Positions 36,585 through 47,601 of a DNA stretch of 64,000 nucleotides are shown piece after piece. Below the pieces are notes generated by a model. It was given only the letters and a program-made list of their open reading frames with translations. It ran no database searches and had not been told where the DNA came from. How positions within the stretch are numbered: position 1 is the first letter of the stretch; each line of letters begins with the position of its first letter. Source of the DNA: Candidatus Micrarchaeota archaeon (GTDB taxonomy: Archaea; Micrarchaeota; Micrarchaeia; Anstonellales; Bilamarchaeaceae); contig JBDRCX010000002.1 of the NCBI GenBank assembly GCA_043821365.1, forward strand, positions 1 to 64,000. The letters are read 5' to 3'. The translations under genes were made by a program, and so were the position numbers.

Positions 36585-39413
36585 TTGATGTATGATCATA
36601 GGAAAGTAGAGAAAGAAGTATTGGAATTTTGGGAAAAAGAAAAAATATATGAAAAGGCAAAAGCCAAAAATAAAGGTAGTGAAACTTTTTATTTTTGCGA
36701 TGGCCCTCCTTATGCAACTGGTCAAATTCATCCCGGTACTGGATGGAATAAAACAATAAAAGATGCTGTTTGTCGCTATCATAGGATCATAGGAAAAGAT
36801 GTGAGAGTACAAGCTGGATACGATACTCATGGATTACCAATTGAAGTAAAAGTTGAACAAGAACTTAAGTTCAAACATAAAAGTGATATAGAAAAATACG
36901 GAATTGGTAAATTTGTTGATAGATGCAAAGAGTTTGCTACAAAATATATTGGAGTTATGGGCAACCAATTCAAATCCTTAGGGGTTTGGATGGATTTTGA
37001 TAATCCATATATTACCTACACAGACAGTTATATCGAATCCTCATGGAGAAACCTCCAATTAGCTAATGAAAGAAATCTTCTTCACGAAGGTGTCTATGTT
37101 CTCCCATACTGCTATAGATGTGAGACCACAATGGCCAACTATGAGTTGGAATACGCTGATGAATCTGATCCAAGTATTTTTGTGAAATTCAAACTTAAAA
37201 ACAAAGAAAATGAATATTTGATAGTTTGGACAACAACTCCATGGACATTAGTCTCAAACATGGGAGTTATGGTACATCCGACCTTTGCATATGTTCGCAT
37301 AAAAGTTGGCGAAGAAATATGGGTAATTGCAAAAGAAAGATTAGACTACCTTATGGAATTACTTGGAGAGAGTGCAACTGTTGTCGAGGAACTTCCTGGA
37401 AGAAAATTAAAAGATTTAGAATATGATCATCCATTTCAAGACAAAATACACAAACATGCAGATAGAAAAGTTGTTTTGAGTGATGAATTTGTTACTCTTG
37501 AAGAAGGTACTGGTTTAGTACACACTGCACCAGGACATGGTCCTGCGGATTTTATTATTGGTAAAAGATATGGTATAGAAATATTCTCACCTGTTGATGA
37601 AAAAGGTAATTATACTGATGATGCCGGTGTATTCCATAAGAAGAATGTTAGAGAATCTAATCCCCTGATTATAGATGTTCTTAAGGAAAAAAATGTTCTT
37701 GTTTACGAAGCACGAATAAAACATAGATATCCCCACTGTTGGAGATGCAAAACACCACTTATTTTCCTTACAACAAAACAATGGTTCATTACAATATCTA
37801 AGATCAAAGACCAAATGCTTAATGAGATTGAGAAAACCGAGTGGCATCCTTCATTTGCAAAAGACCGATTCAAGGAGTTTGTTTCAAATGCACCAGACTG
37901 GTGCATCTCTCGTCAAAGATATTGGGGCATTCCACTTCCAATTTGGAGGTGTGAATGTGGAAAGATAAAAGTTATTGGTTCAATGAAAGAAATCCCAAAA
38001 GTAAAGGAACTCCACCGGCCATATATTGACGAAATAGAGCTTGATTGCGAGTGCAGTAAAAAAATGAAAAGAGTTCCAGATGTTCTTGATGTTTGGTTTG
38101 ATTCTGGTAATGCAATTTGGGCGTCTTTAACACCTGAAGAAGCAAAAATTTATTCAGAAAGAGCAGATTTGATTATAGAGGGCCAGGACCAGATTAGAGG
38201 TTGGTTTTATTCTTTACTTGGTTCTGGTGTTGTTCGATATGGTGCATGCCCATACAAAAAATTGCTTATGCATGGCTTCTTTGTAGATGAAAAAGGAGAA
38301 AAAATGAGCAAATCATTAGGAAATTTCATTCCTTTGGAAGAAATTCTTGACAAATATGGTGCAGACAGCTTTAGGCTTTGGGGTATTAGCAACACAATAT
38401 GGGATGAACTTAAGTTTAGCTGGGAAGAAATGAAAAAAGCAACCAGCGATCTTAATATTGTTCTCAATATGGTTGTTTTCCTTGAGAGATTCCATCCAAA
38501 GAAAAAAATAGAAAAAGCAAAACTAACAAAAATAGATGAATGGGCCTTAAGCAGATTAAATTCAACTATTAGAGATTTCAGAGCATCATTTGAATCCTAT
38601 GAATTAAATCGAGCTTCAAAAATAATCAGGGCATTCATAGTCGATGACATTAGTAGATTCTACATGAAAATTGCCAAAGATAGGATTTCAAATGAAGAAA
38701 ACCACGAAGCTGCGTTATCTACTTTATACCACATAATGCTTGAATCATTGAAGATGATCAGCTGCCTAAGTCCAATGCTCAGTGAGCATCTTTATCAAAG
38801 ATTCTATAGGAAATTTGAGGATGAAGAATCAATTTTCCTTCTGCGTTTGTCTTCAGAAGATAGTGGAAAAATAAATCAATTATATGAAAAGCAGATGGAG
38901 ACGGTAAAGGAAGTTGTTTCTGTTGCTTTGTTGGCAAGACAGACTGCAGGGATAAAAGTGCGCTGGCCAATTCAAACACTTTACATTGAAACAAAATCCC
39001 ATGAAGTGAAAGATGCATCGGGTGCATTTACAGACATAATCCAAAGTCTGATCAATGTGAAAGAACTCAAGGTTGTAGAAGAAAAACCAAAAGCAGATCT
39101 TGCATCTCAAGAATTCACCAATGGTTCTGTTCATATCGACAAGAAAATAGGCGAAGAACTTTACGAAGAGGGTCTGTTGAATGAGGTTAAAAGAAGAGTT
39201 CAGATGCTTCGTAAAGAAGAAAAACTTGTTGAAAAAGATAAAATCACACTAACAATCAACACTGAGAATGAATTTGAAGCAATTCTTAAAAAACATAAAA
39301 AAGAACTCTCAGAAGCAGTTAATGCGTCTCATGTGCATTATTCAGTTGAATCAAAAATGAATGAGTATACTATAGACGGAAGATTAGTGAAAATAGTAAT
39401 AAAAAAGGATTAA
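36585..39413 (+). CDS. ileS: Isoleucyl-tRNA synthetase
   Basis: DGPPYATG, GYDTHGLPIE, WTTTPWTL, GTGLVHTAPGHG, WCISRQRYWG, EGQDQIRGWF, KMSKS. Confidence 0.97.
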   Translation: MMYDHRKVEKEVLEFWEKEKIYEKAKAKNKGSETFYFCDGPPYATGQIHPGTGWNKTIKDAVCRYHRIIGKDVRVQAGYDTHGLPIEVKVEQELKFKHKSDIEKYGIGKFVDRCKEFATKYIGVMGNQFKSLGVWMDFDNPYITYTDSYIESSWRNLQLANERNLLHEGVYVLPYCYRCETTMANYELEYADESDPSIFVKFKLKNKENEYLIVWTTTPWTLVSNMGVMVHPTFAYVRIKVGEEIWVIAKERLDYLMELLGESATVVEELPGRKLKDLEYDHPFQDKIHKHADRKVVLSDEFVTLEEGTGLVHTAPGHGPADFIIGKRYGIEIFSPVDEKGNYTDDAGVFHKKNVRESNPLIIDVLKEKNVLVYEARIKHRYPHCWRCKTPLIFLTTKQWFITISKIKDQMLNEIEKTEWHPSFAKDRFKEFVSNAPDWCISRQRYWGIPLPIWRCECGKIKVIGSMKEIPKVKELHRPYIDEIELDCECSKKMKRVPDVLDVWFDSGNAIWASLTPEEAKIYSERADLIIEGQDQIRGWFYSLLGSGVVRYGACPYKKLLMHGFFVDEKGEKMSKSLGNFIPLEEILDKYGADSFRLWGISNTIWDELKFSWEEMKKATSDLNIVLNMVVFLERFHPKKKIEKAKLTKIDEWALSRLNSTIRDFRASFESYELNRASKIIRAFIVDDISRFYMKIAKDRISNEENHEAALSTLYHIMLESLKMISCLSPMLSEHLYQRFYRKFEDEESIFLLRLSSEDSGKINQLYEKQMETVKEVVSVALLARQTAGIKVRWPIQTLYIETKSHEVKDASGAFTDIIQSLINVKELKVVEEKPKADLASQEFTNGSVHIDKKIGEELYEEGLLNEVKRRVQMLRKEEKLVEKDKITLTINTENEFEAILKKHKKELSEAVNASHVHYSVESKMNEYTIDGRLVKIVIKKD

Positions 39414-39415
39414 AT

Positions 39416-39892
39416 ATGAAAGCATTAGTTGTGTTTTATTCCAGGACAGGTACAACTAGGAAAGTTGCCAATTTAATCAAGAGTATTCTGAAATGTGATA
39501 GTGAAGAAATTCATGACATTACTAGTAGGAAAGGCATTGTCGGGTATATACTTGGAGGCAGAGATGCACTGTTCAAATTGTTTACTTCTATCAAAAATGT
39601 GAAAAAAAATCCATCTGATTATGATTTAGTAATTATAGGAACTCCAATTTGGTCTTTCACACTTACTCCTGCTATTCGTTCGTATATTAATGGCCATAAA
39701 TCCAGTTTCAAAAAAGTTGCATTTTTCTGTACCGAAGGAGATAGTGGCGGTCAAAATGCATTCAAAGAGATGGAAAAATTGTCTAAATTAAAACCCATAG
39801 CAACTCTAGAGCTTAAAGAAGATAGAATAAAAAAAGAAAAATACGAAAATCATGTCAAAAAATTCGTACAAACTCTCATTTCTTATTCTTGA
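39416..39892 (+). CDS. Flavodoxin-like protein
   Basis: VFYSRTGTT, IGTPIW, VAFFCT. Confidence 0.9.
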   Translation: MKALVVFYSRTGTTRKVANLIKSILKCDSEEIHDITSRKGIVGYILGGRDALFKLFTSIKNVKKNPSDYDLVIIGTPIWSFTLTPAIRSYINGHKSSFKKVAFFCTEGDSGGQNAFKEMEKLSKLKPIATLELKEDRIKKEKYENHVKKFVQTLISYS

Positions 39893-39940
39893 ATTCAGTT
39901 CAGTATATTTATAAATAGTTGTGTGAATAAGTATATATCT

Positions 39941-41026
39941 ATGGTACATCGAACTGACTTCATCACTAATACTAGCCGTGCTTTAAATGATTATGCAAGT
40001 CGATCAGGTCTAAGGTTTAGGACTCCTATGCATGAAGGTTTAGAAAAATTTAGACGTCGTTTTGCTGATGCATTTGAAAAGATTGAAGAAAGACGTGATG
40101 GAGATTCAATCTATCAAAGTATGCTTCCTCTTCCTGATAGAAATGCAAAAATAACTACTGTAGAGGGAGATTCAGTTCATCTTTTAGTATCTAAGTTATT
40201 TCGTTCAAAAGACCAAGGTAGGTTAGGAGTTCTCATGTACCTGCTTAGAGAAGATAGTGTGAGAATATTCCTGATTTATCAAAGTCAAAGCCATTCAATG
40301 TGGAGAGTTGCACCTTCTGGTCATGAAGGTTGGTTTGGCAAGACAAACGATGAAAACCAGCTTAATCTTCCATGGACTTTTCAACGTATTTTGGACAGCC
40401 ACGCCTTAGATAGTCAAACTCGTCCAGAGTTAATCCATCCAAATCTTTTCAATTATCTTATTCTTCAACCAGCACTTTATGCCTTTTATGATGAAATGTG
40501 CAAAACAGTTCTTTTGGGGGTTGATGATCTAGAAACAACTCCTGTTCAATCAGGTGCAGCAATTGACATAAGAAGAGGAACTGTTAGCGATGTTCTTGAG
40601 TGGCCCACCCAAGGTTGTATCAAAAGAGCATGCTTTGATTCTTTAGATAGGGAAATCAGATATCATTTTGTTGTTTCGCCATATGGTTTTGGTATGTCAT
40701 CTGCAGAAGAACGTGTTTCTTTTAATAAATATGGTCTTCGTCCAATGCCAAAATCAATACTTCCACTTGTACGTCCATTTACTGATTATTATGAACAAAT
40801 AGATTATGCATTTGCTCCAGTTAATAGTCATTATGCATTACGGGATCCTGTTCGTATTTTAGCTGATCTTGCTCAAAAAATTGATGGCATCCAAATAGTT
40901 CCAAAAGAAGTGCTTCATTTTCTAAACTCTCTAAGAAAAGCTCTGATGGGTGAATGTGTAGATCTACCAAAAATAGATGAAAAAATATCTGCAAGATGGA
41001 GCGAAGCAGTTAGTTTGCACTCTTAA
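39941..41026 (+). CDS. Hypothetical protein (ORFan-like)
   Basis: Long ORF downstream of TATA-like tttataaa; no recognised motif. Confidence 0.65.
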   Translation: MVHRTDFITNTSRALNDYASRSGLRFRTPMHEGLEKFRRRFADAFEKIEERRDGDSIYQSMLPLPDRNAKITTVEGDSVHLLVSKLFRSKDQGRLGVLMYLLREDSVRIFLIYQSQSHSMWRVAPSGHEGWFGKTNDENQLNLPWTFQRILDSHALDSQTRPELIHPNLFNYLILQPALYAFYDEMCKTVLLGVDDLETTPVQSGAAIDIRRGTVSDVLEWPTQGCIKRACFDSLDREIRYHFVVSPYGFGMSSAEERVSFNKYGLRPMPKSILPLVRPFTDYYEQIDYAFAPVNSHYALRDPVRILADLAQKIDGIQIVPKEVLHFLNSLRKALMGECVDLPKIDEKISARWSEAVSLHS

Positions 41027-41198
41027 ATCTGCTTCTTTTGCTTATACTACTCCAACATCCTTTGCAAATGTATCTATGATCTATCTTCTTTCTTTTTTGA
41101 CTTTTTATGCATCCATTGCAAATATTTCTGTTACAGTAGTCGCATTCTTGAAGTTTGGCTGTTTGTAAGCCGCATCTTCCACATGTTTCAATAGCCAT
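41010..41198 (-). CDS. Small zinc-binding protein with four CxxC pairs
   Basis: CGRC, CDYC, CNGC, CKGC in 62 aa. Confidence 0.75.
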   Translation of the reverse strand: MAIETCGRCGLQTAKLQECDYCNRNICNGCIKSQKRKKIDHRYICKGCWSSISKRSRFKSAN

Positions 41199-41278
41199 TA
41201 ATTTCACTCTCTTAAGAAAATTTGTAAGAAAACTTAATATGGAAACCTATTTAATAGGTATTCTGGCAATGTTTTTCC

Positions 41279-41773
41279 ATGAAAGGGCAGTCTGGGGTGG
41301 AATACCTAACAACTTACGGATGGGCAATTTTTGTATTGCTTTTAATCATAGGGATAATCGTTTCAAGTGGTGTTTTAACTCCTAATTATCTTATTTCAGA
41401 GGAGTGTACATTTGGAAACAATCTTAAATGCAATTTCCTACTCACAAATTCTCCTTCAACTGGACAAAGTGAAATGAAAATCCAATTATTCAATGGTTTC
41501 CCCTACAAGGTTACAATAGATAAAATTGAACTTGAAACAGAAGACGGAGCCCAACAGTTTAGTGGATTTTTACCTGCTAATGTTAATATCTCCAGTGGAG
41601 ATTCAGAAATTTTCACTGGAATCTTGATTGATGCTCCAGTTCCAGAAGGTATGACAAAAAGGTTTAAGGGCAATATAACTTACTATTCTTGCGCACCTGA
41701 ACTTGGTCCTGTTTGTAGTAATGTTTCTCATGTAATAACTGGAAGGATTGCTGCACGGGTTACTCCACAGTAA
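41279..41773 (+). CDS. Class III signal peptide (archaeal pilin-like) protein
   Basis: MKGQSGVEYLTTYGWAIFVLLLII. Confidence 0.85.
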   Translation: MKGQSGVEYLTTYGWAIFVLLLIIGIIVSSGVLTPNYLISEECTFGNNLKCNFLLTNSPSTGQSEMKIQLFNGFPYKVTIDKIELETEDGAQQFSGFLPANVNISSGDSEIFTGILIDAPVPEGMTKRFKGNITYYSCAPELGPVCSNVSHVITGRIAARVTPQ

Positions 41774-44075
41774 CAGTAAGTTCTCCTTTTGTTGTTTCTA
41801 TTTTCTTTATTTTGCTGATTTTAGCAAGTTCGTCTAATAGTTCCTTGTCCATTTCTTCTGGTGTTGATAATCTTACTAATTCAAGTTCAGCATTTTGTGG
41901 AAGCTTGTTTTTTGATTTATATTGTCTTAATTGACTAACTACTTCGCTTAAAACCTCAACTTCTTCAACATCTTTTTTATATTCTTCTCCTGCTTCTGGC
42001 CATTTTTGGCTTGTTACATTTTCTTTGAATAAATTAGTGTAAATTTCTTCTGTTATGTGTGGTGTGAATGGTGACATTAGTTTCAGAGATTCCATAATCA
42101 CTTTTCTTAAAGTGTAGAATGATGCATTTCTTGTTGGTCCTTCTGTGTAAACTCTGTGCTTTACATACTCAAGATAATTATCACAGAACTCCTGCCAGAA
42201 AAATCTTTGTATCTTGTTCATTGCATAGTGATACTCGAAATTTTCAAGGTGTTCGGTACATTCTTTGATTAATGTGTTTAGTTTACCTATAATCCATTTG
42301 TCAACCATTGTCAGTTCTGGCTGTTCTTTTATCTCTTCTTTTACAACTGTCTCATAAAACCTTGCTGCATTCCAAATTTTACTTAGGAAACTTTTTGCAT
42401 ATTTTATGTCTTCAAAACTAAATGGTCTGTCTTTTGCCATTGCTCCGCTTAATGCAGCCCACTGCCTTATTGCATCAGTTGGATAGTCTTTGAGTAGGTC
42501 TGTTGGTGAAATTATATTACCCAAAGACTTACTCATCTTTTTTCCATCTGGTGCCAAAACATTTCCGTTTAATAGGATTGTTTCAAATGGAGGAATTCCA
42601 GTTAATGCTCCACTTCTATAAATTGTATAAAACGCCCATGTTCTCACTATTTCTACTCCCTGTGGACGTAATGAAACAGGATAGAACTTTTTCATTTTTT
42701 CCTTATCTGGCCATCCTGCAACTATCAAAGGACTTATGCTTGAGTCTACCCAACAATCGCATGTGCTTGTCTCTGCTTTCATTATCTTTCCGCATTCGCA
42801 TTTTTTTTCAGCTGCTTTTTCTGGATAGAATGGCAAATCTTCTGCTGGTGCTGTTTTTCCACATTCACATCCATAAAATGGCAATGGAGTACCAAAAACC
42901 CGTTGTCTTGAAATAACCCAGTCCCATTCTGCACCTTCTACCCAATCAATTAAATATGAAATTCCAAACTCAGGCACCCATTTTATCTTATGGGCCATTT
43001 CCTTGATTGTTTTTGCAGGTGTTCTTATGTCTGCAAACCATTGAAGGGATGGAATCAATTCAACTGCTGTTTTACATCTATCATGGACTTTTACTGTTTG
43101 TTTTAGGCTTTGTTTTTTGACAATTTTTCCTTGTGCTTCTAGTTCTTCAGTTATCTTTTTCTTTGCTTCAGCTATTTTCAATCCATCTAATGAATCAGAA
43201 TTGATCATTTTACCATACTGATTTATTGCTTGGTATAATGGAAGTTTGTGCCTGTGCATCCAGACAACATCCATTTTATCACCGAAAGTACAAACCATTA
43301 CCAATCCAGAACCAAATTCCTTGTCAACATCTTTATCTGGTAAAATTGGTACTTCTTTTCCTAATGGGGTTTTTATCTTCCCTGTTAATCCTTTGTATCT
43401 TTCATCTTCTGGATTGTAAAGAACTGCTTCGCAAGCATGTAATAGTTCTGGTCTTGTTGTTGCAATTATGTGTTCTTTATTGTCTTGAGTAAATTTGAGG
43501 TGGATCATATTCCCGTCTTTTTCTTCATCATCTAATTCTGCTTTTGCAATTGCAGAAACACATTTTGGACACCAATAAACAGGGTATTTATCTCTGTAAA
43601 CTAGCTTATTTTTGTACATTTCAATTAGTGAAATTTGGACTTTTTTATGATAATCAGGATCCATTGTTCTGTATTCATATCTCCAGTCTGGGCTGAAACC
43701 CATCTGAGTCATTTGTGTTTTCATTTTTGCTATCATTTCTTTTGTCCATTCAACGCATTTTTCTCTAAATTGTGGCGGTGGAAGTCGTCCATGTTTTTTT
43801 TCTACTTTTACTTCTGTTGGGAATCCTTGTGTGTCCCATCCTTGTGGATAATAGACGTTGAATCCTTTCATTCTTTTGTATCTTGCTGCAAAGTCAAAGT
43901 AGCTGTAGGAAAGAACATGGCCCATGTGCAATTCGCCAGATGTGAATGGTGGTGGGGTGTCTATTGAATAGATTTTTTTAGTGGCGTTATTTTCATCGAA
44001 ATTGTATGTTTTGTTCTCTTCCCAGTATTTCTGCCATTTTTCTTCTATTTTTTGATCAAATCTTTGTTGAAGCAT
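41760..44075 (-). CDS. valS: Valyl-tRNA synthetase
   Basis: DTPPPFTSGELHMGH, TTRPEL, GSGLVMVCTFGD, ISRQRVFG, RPQG, KMSKS. Confidence 0.97.
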   Translation of the reverse strand: MLQQRFDQKIEEKWQKYWEENKTYNFDENNATKKIYSIDTPPPFTSGELHMGHVLSYSYFDFAARYKRMKGFNVYYPQGWDTQGFPTEVKVEKKHGRLPPPQFREKCVEWTKEMIAKMKTQMTQMGFSPDWRYEYRTMDPDYHKKVQISLIEMYKNKLVYRDKYPVYWCPKCVSAIAKAELDDEEKDGNMIHLKFTQDNKEHIIATTRPELLHACEAVLYNPEDERYKGLTGKIKTPLGKEVPILPDKDVDKEFGSGLVMVCTFGDKMDVVWMHRHKLPLYQAINQYGKMINSDSLDGLKIAEAKKKITEELEAQGKIVKKQSLKQTVKVHDRCKTAVELIPSLQWFADIRTPAKTIKEMAHKIKWVPEFGISYLIDWVEGAEWDWVISRQRVFGTPLPFYGCECGKTAPAEDLPFYPEKAAEKKCECGKIMKAETSTCDCWVDSSISPLIVAGWPDKEKMKKFYPVSLRPQGVEIVRTWAFYTIYRSGALTGIPPFETILLNGNVLAPDGKKMSKSLGNIISPTDLLKDYPTDAIRQWAALSGAMAKDRPFSFEDIKYAKSFLSKIWNAARFYETVVKEEIKEQPELTMVDKWIIGKLNTLIKECTEHLENFEYHYAMNKIQRFFWQEFCDNYLEYVKHRVYTEGPTRNASFYTLRKVIMESLKLMSPFTPHITEEIYTNLFKENVTSQKWPEAGEEYKKDVEEVEVLSEVVSQLRQYKSKNKLPQNAELELVRLSTPEEMDKELLDELAKISKIKKIETTKGELTVTVE

Positions 44076-44176
44076 AGTAATACCTGCTAAATGTGGTGTT
44101 TACCTATACAAAAATGACGCAGTCTCCTTATAAATACGTGTTACGTCTGTTAAAATTAAGTAAAATAAAAATTAAA

Positions 44177-45115
44177 CTATGCAATCATTGTTCTTTTTGG
44201 AACAACTAGGTTTAGGTTGCCTGAATGGAGTTCTGTGACTGCACCTATGTGTCCGTCCAATGTAGATAAAACATCATCCATCTTATTTGTTCTAAGTGCT
44301 TCTTCAGCTGCTCTTATTGTGTTTGGTCCAAGTGATAGTAGTTTTGCAAGTTTTTCTCTTTCGAGCCTTCTTTCATCTTCACCTTTTTGTTCACTGATTA
44401 ATTTTGTAAGTGATTCTTTTGCTCTTTCTCTTGCATCAAGTGCTAAAAGTCTCATTGTTGGATTTGTTGAACTTTCTTCTCCACTTTGTGTTATCCCTAA
44501 TTGTTTTGCAGCTTCTGATACATCAGCAAGACCAAATCCCAATTGTAATGCCGCTCTAAGTCCGTCTTCTTGTTCTTGTTTACTTCGTCCTTCAAGGTAT
44601 TTAGCCACAAAAGTTGCTTTTGGTTGTCCATTTGCATAAGTTCCCCCATATGACGCTAGTTCGGCTGCAGTTTCCCCTCCTGTTGCCATGACTCCATTTG
44701 ATTCAGGCGTTCCTAGGGGGTGTGATTGTCCATACTCTACTGAATCATCAAGATTTTGTACTAGAAATACTTGCCTAAGTTCTCTAAATGTAGTTTCTGT
44801 TGCAACTACTGTAAGAGGAAAACTAAAACCGCTGAATCTAGCGAAATTGTTTTCAGCAATCGAAGCTACTACTGCTTGGTCTTGTTCCATCATCTTCGCT
44901 TGAATATCTTGGGTTATCCCGAGTGTTGGCGGTGTTTCCTGAAGGATTACTGGTAATCGTTCTTTGAATTTTCTTCTACTAACTTCAAAAAGGTCTACTG
45001 AGGCTTTTATATCTATTGGGGCTTCTGTTCTAATCGGTTGTTGTGCTGGTGTTTGTAATACAGGAGCAATTGGTGCATCTGTTTTATCCGGTTCAGTTAT
45101 TCTTGGAGCTGCCAT
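44177..45115 (-). CDS. Hypothetical protein (ORFan-like), Pro-rich N-terminus
   Basis: 312-aa ORF; no recognised motif. Confidence 0.6.
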   Translation of the reverse strand: MAAPRITEPDKTDAPIAPVLQTPAQQPIRTEAPIDIKASVDLFEVSRRKFKERLPVILQETPPTLGITQDIQAKMMEQDQAVVASIAENNFARFSGFSFPLTVVATETTFRELRQVFLVQNLDDSVEYGQSHPLGTPESNGVMATGGETAAELASYGGTYANGQPKATFVAKYLEGRSKQEQEDGLRAALQLGFGLADVSEAAKQLGITQSGEESSTNPTMRLLALDARERAKESLTKLISEQKGEDERRLEREKLAKLLSLGPNTIRAAEEALRTNKMDDVLSTLDGHIGAVTELHSGNLNLVVPKRTMIA

Positions 45116-45145
45116 AATATGTATTAGGAAAAGAGAATTAAAAAA

Positions 45146-45835
45146 CTACCTTCTTGCTATTGGTTCTTGTACTCCTGGTTCTAATGCTAAATATGCTCCC
45201 CCATAGAATTCTTTACTTGTTGTGTAATAAGAAGCTGCTGCAGTTAGATACCCACCTTCATGTTGTCCAAGTATTTGTCCTCGTTCATTCAGTGGTATCG
45301 CATAAGCAGTTATTACTTTTTCTCTAGACTCTCCCTCCTCGGTTATCTCAATTAATACTTTGAATCTTACTATTTTCTGACCTGTTAATTTTTCTATTGC
45401 ACTGGTGAAACCACTTATGTCTATTTGCCACATTCTTTTATCTTCTGGTATTGTTTTGTCGGTTAGTGAAAAACCCAAACTAGAACGAGTGTTTGGTACT
45501 ACAGTAGCTGCAATCAAACAATCTGGGTGTTGTTTTATATTCATGCGTCTTCCTGTTCTTGGTTCTATTACATCCTCTCTAAACTGATATTGTTTTTGCG
45601 TTTCTCTATCTAAATTAGGTATACTATCACCTAATCTTAGGGTATCGACCTTTATTCCAGCTACCTGTAATTCCTGTGCCATGGCAGCTCTTGGAGTAAA
45701 TAAAATTGCTGAAGTTGCACCAACAGTACCAAATGCTAATGCTGTACCTAATACAATAGAAGCAGCAAATCTATTAGAAACTTGAAAATAAGGACGCTTA
45801 GAAACTTCTGGTGGTTTGCGAAGCTGATCTTGCAT
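45146..45835 (-). CDS. Exported hypothetical protein (start uncertain)
   Basis: Basic leader, hydrophobic helix, AMA-QE signal peptidase I-like site. Confidence 0.6.
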   Translation of the reverse strand: MQDQLRKPPEVSKRPYFQVSNRFAASIVLGTALAFGTVGATSAILFTPRAAMAQELQVAGIKVDTLRLGDSIPNLDRETQKQYQFREDVIEPRTGRRMNIKQHPDCLIAATVVPNTRSSLGFSLTDKTIPEDKRMWQIDISGFTSAIEKLTGQKIVRFKVLIEITEEGESREKVITAYAIPLNERGQILGQHEGGYLTAAASYYTTSKEFYGGAYLALEPGVQEPIARR

Positions 45836-46099
45836 GTTACTGCGATGAAGTCTCATAGAAATCCATATAACTCGCCACAAAACCCATTAAAAAAACTATC
45901 GTTTTTTGTGAAAAATTACTATTTTTTTGAAAATTGTGATTTTTCCACATTTTCTAACCATCACAAACATGTGAAATGTTACAATTTACACTATTCTTGC
46001 AAAATCAGAGCATAAAATTAGAATTTTTATAACTGATTAAAAAAGTAAAAATAAAAGTGGATGCCTAAGAGTTATAATAATTCTTTTCAGAACTAATTT

Positions 46100-47494
46100 A
46101 TGAGAAAATTATCTGCTATTCTGGTTCTTTTGCTGGTATTTGGCTGCATCTCAGAACAACCAACTCAGAATCTTGATGAAAATGTTACAACCTATGAAAA
46201 CACATCTAACCTATCCAAATCAGATATAACCACAGCTGACAAAAATTATTCAATACGATTTGGTATTAATGGAGGTCTTTATTCAGATGGAAAAAACAAA
46301 CAGGAATTTTACTTAATAAAAAAACAACTTGATGATACTGGTCCTATTTGGCTAAGGCATCTTGGTAAAGTTGGGTGGTTTGACATATCTTCTCAGAAAG
46401 GAGAATGGGACTGGGAATTATTAGATAATGTTCTTCTGAATGATACTCACCCATGGGTAATAGAGATATTTGGTTCGACAGGAACAGTTTATCCGTATGG
46501 GGGATTCTCCCATGATTATCTCACTCAAATCCCTCGTAATGGAGGAACAAAAGAAGACATAATGAATTACATTAAATCATATTCAGTTAATCTTAGTGAT
46601 CCACAACAATTAGTAGATACTGAAGAGTATGTGAAAACCTTTGTATTGAGATACAAAGATCAGGTAAAATACTGGGAAATCAGCAATGAAGGTATAAATG
46701 CTCCAAACCGATACGAACTTATCAAATATTGCTATAAGTGGATAAAGGAAGTTCATCCAGATGCTATTATCATACTTACAGGAATTGCTGGAGATGATGA
46801 CGAGATGTTTGACACTGGTCTAGCATCCTTAGATACCATGTTGGCAAATGGCATTGGTGATTATTTTGATGTCGGTAATTTTCATTATTATGGAAAAATA
46901 GAAACTAATTTTGAGAAACAATTAGAGGATAGGTATTATGCCTATGATTCACTTCTAAAAAAATACAATCTAACCAAACCAATATGGGTTACTGAAACTT
47001 CCACGTCAAGTGCAACAAATTCTGTTTTATCAGGCCCAAGTTCCGAAAAATTACAAGCTCAGCATCTTGTAAAAAGATTTGTTGTTTTTGCAGGAATGGG
47101 AGCAGAAAAAGTGTTTTGGCATAGTTTCAAGGCATCAGATATTGATAATAAATTCTACGAATGTAATCTTGTTGATCAAAATACTAATCAACCAAAACCA
47201 GCATATTATACTTTCAAATTATTAATGGGCAAAATCGGGTATTTCCAGTCAGTTACAAAATTACAAGGAAATACTATAAGGTTATACAAATTCACTAATT
47301 CGGAAGATGTTGTTTTTGTTGCTTGGTCAACAAATTCTTCTCAAACACTTGATCTAAGTTCTTACTTGGGTTCTGATAGTGTTTTAGTGACACATCTTTT
47401 AGAAGAGAGGAATGCCACAATTATAAAAGAAGAATTACCTTCGAACAATATTACTATCACCGAAAGCCCGATTTTCATTGAAGAACTTACTTAA
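46100..47494 (+). CDS. Lipoprotein clan-A glycoside hydrolase (GH5/GH39-like TIM barrel)
   Basis: LVFGC lipobox; YWEISNEG acid/base, NFHYY, PIWVTETS nucleophile, KPAYY. Confidence 0.8.
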   Translation: MRKLSAILVLLLVFGCISEQPTQNLDENVTTYENTSNLSKSDITTADKNYSIRFGINGGLYSDGKNKQEFYLIKKQLDDTGPIWLRHLGKVGWFDISSQKGEWDWELLDNVLLNDTHPWVIEIFGSTGTVYPYGGFSHDYLTQIPRNGGTKEDIMNYIKSYSVNLSDPQQLVDTEEYVKTFVLRYKDQVKYWEISNEGINAPNRYELIKYCYKWIKEVHPDAIIILTGIAGDDDEMFDTGLASLDTMLANGIGDYFDVGNFHYYGKIETNFEKQLEDRYYAYDSLLKKYNLTKPIWVTETSTSSATNSVLSGPSSEKLQAQHLVKRFVVFAGMGAEKVFWHSFKASDIDNKFYECNLVDQNTNQPKPAYYTFKLLMGKIGYFQSVTKLQGNTIRLYKFTNSEDVVFVAWSTNSSQTLDLSSYLGSDSVLVTHLLEERNATIIKEELPSNNITITESPIFIEELT

Positions 47495-47601
47495 GTTTAT
47501 TTTCAACCAGAGGATCAAATTTCATCATTTGTTTTGCTGCACTTACTGTTATTGCAGTCATGACCATTGTTGCAATCATACTCTAAAATCATGCTTAAAA
47601 A

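Noticed and set aside
36700-36760. IleRS HIGH motif reading HPGT
   Set aside because: HxGT-type variants are usual in archaeal IleRS; not evidence of inactivation
47497-47586. Hydrophobic open stretch FIICFAALTVIAVMTIVAIIL*
   Set aside because: No start codon or RBS upstream in frame; cannot be supported as a gene
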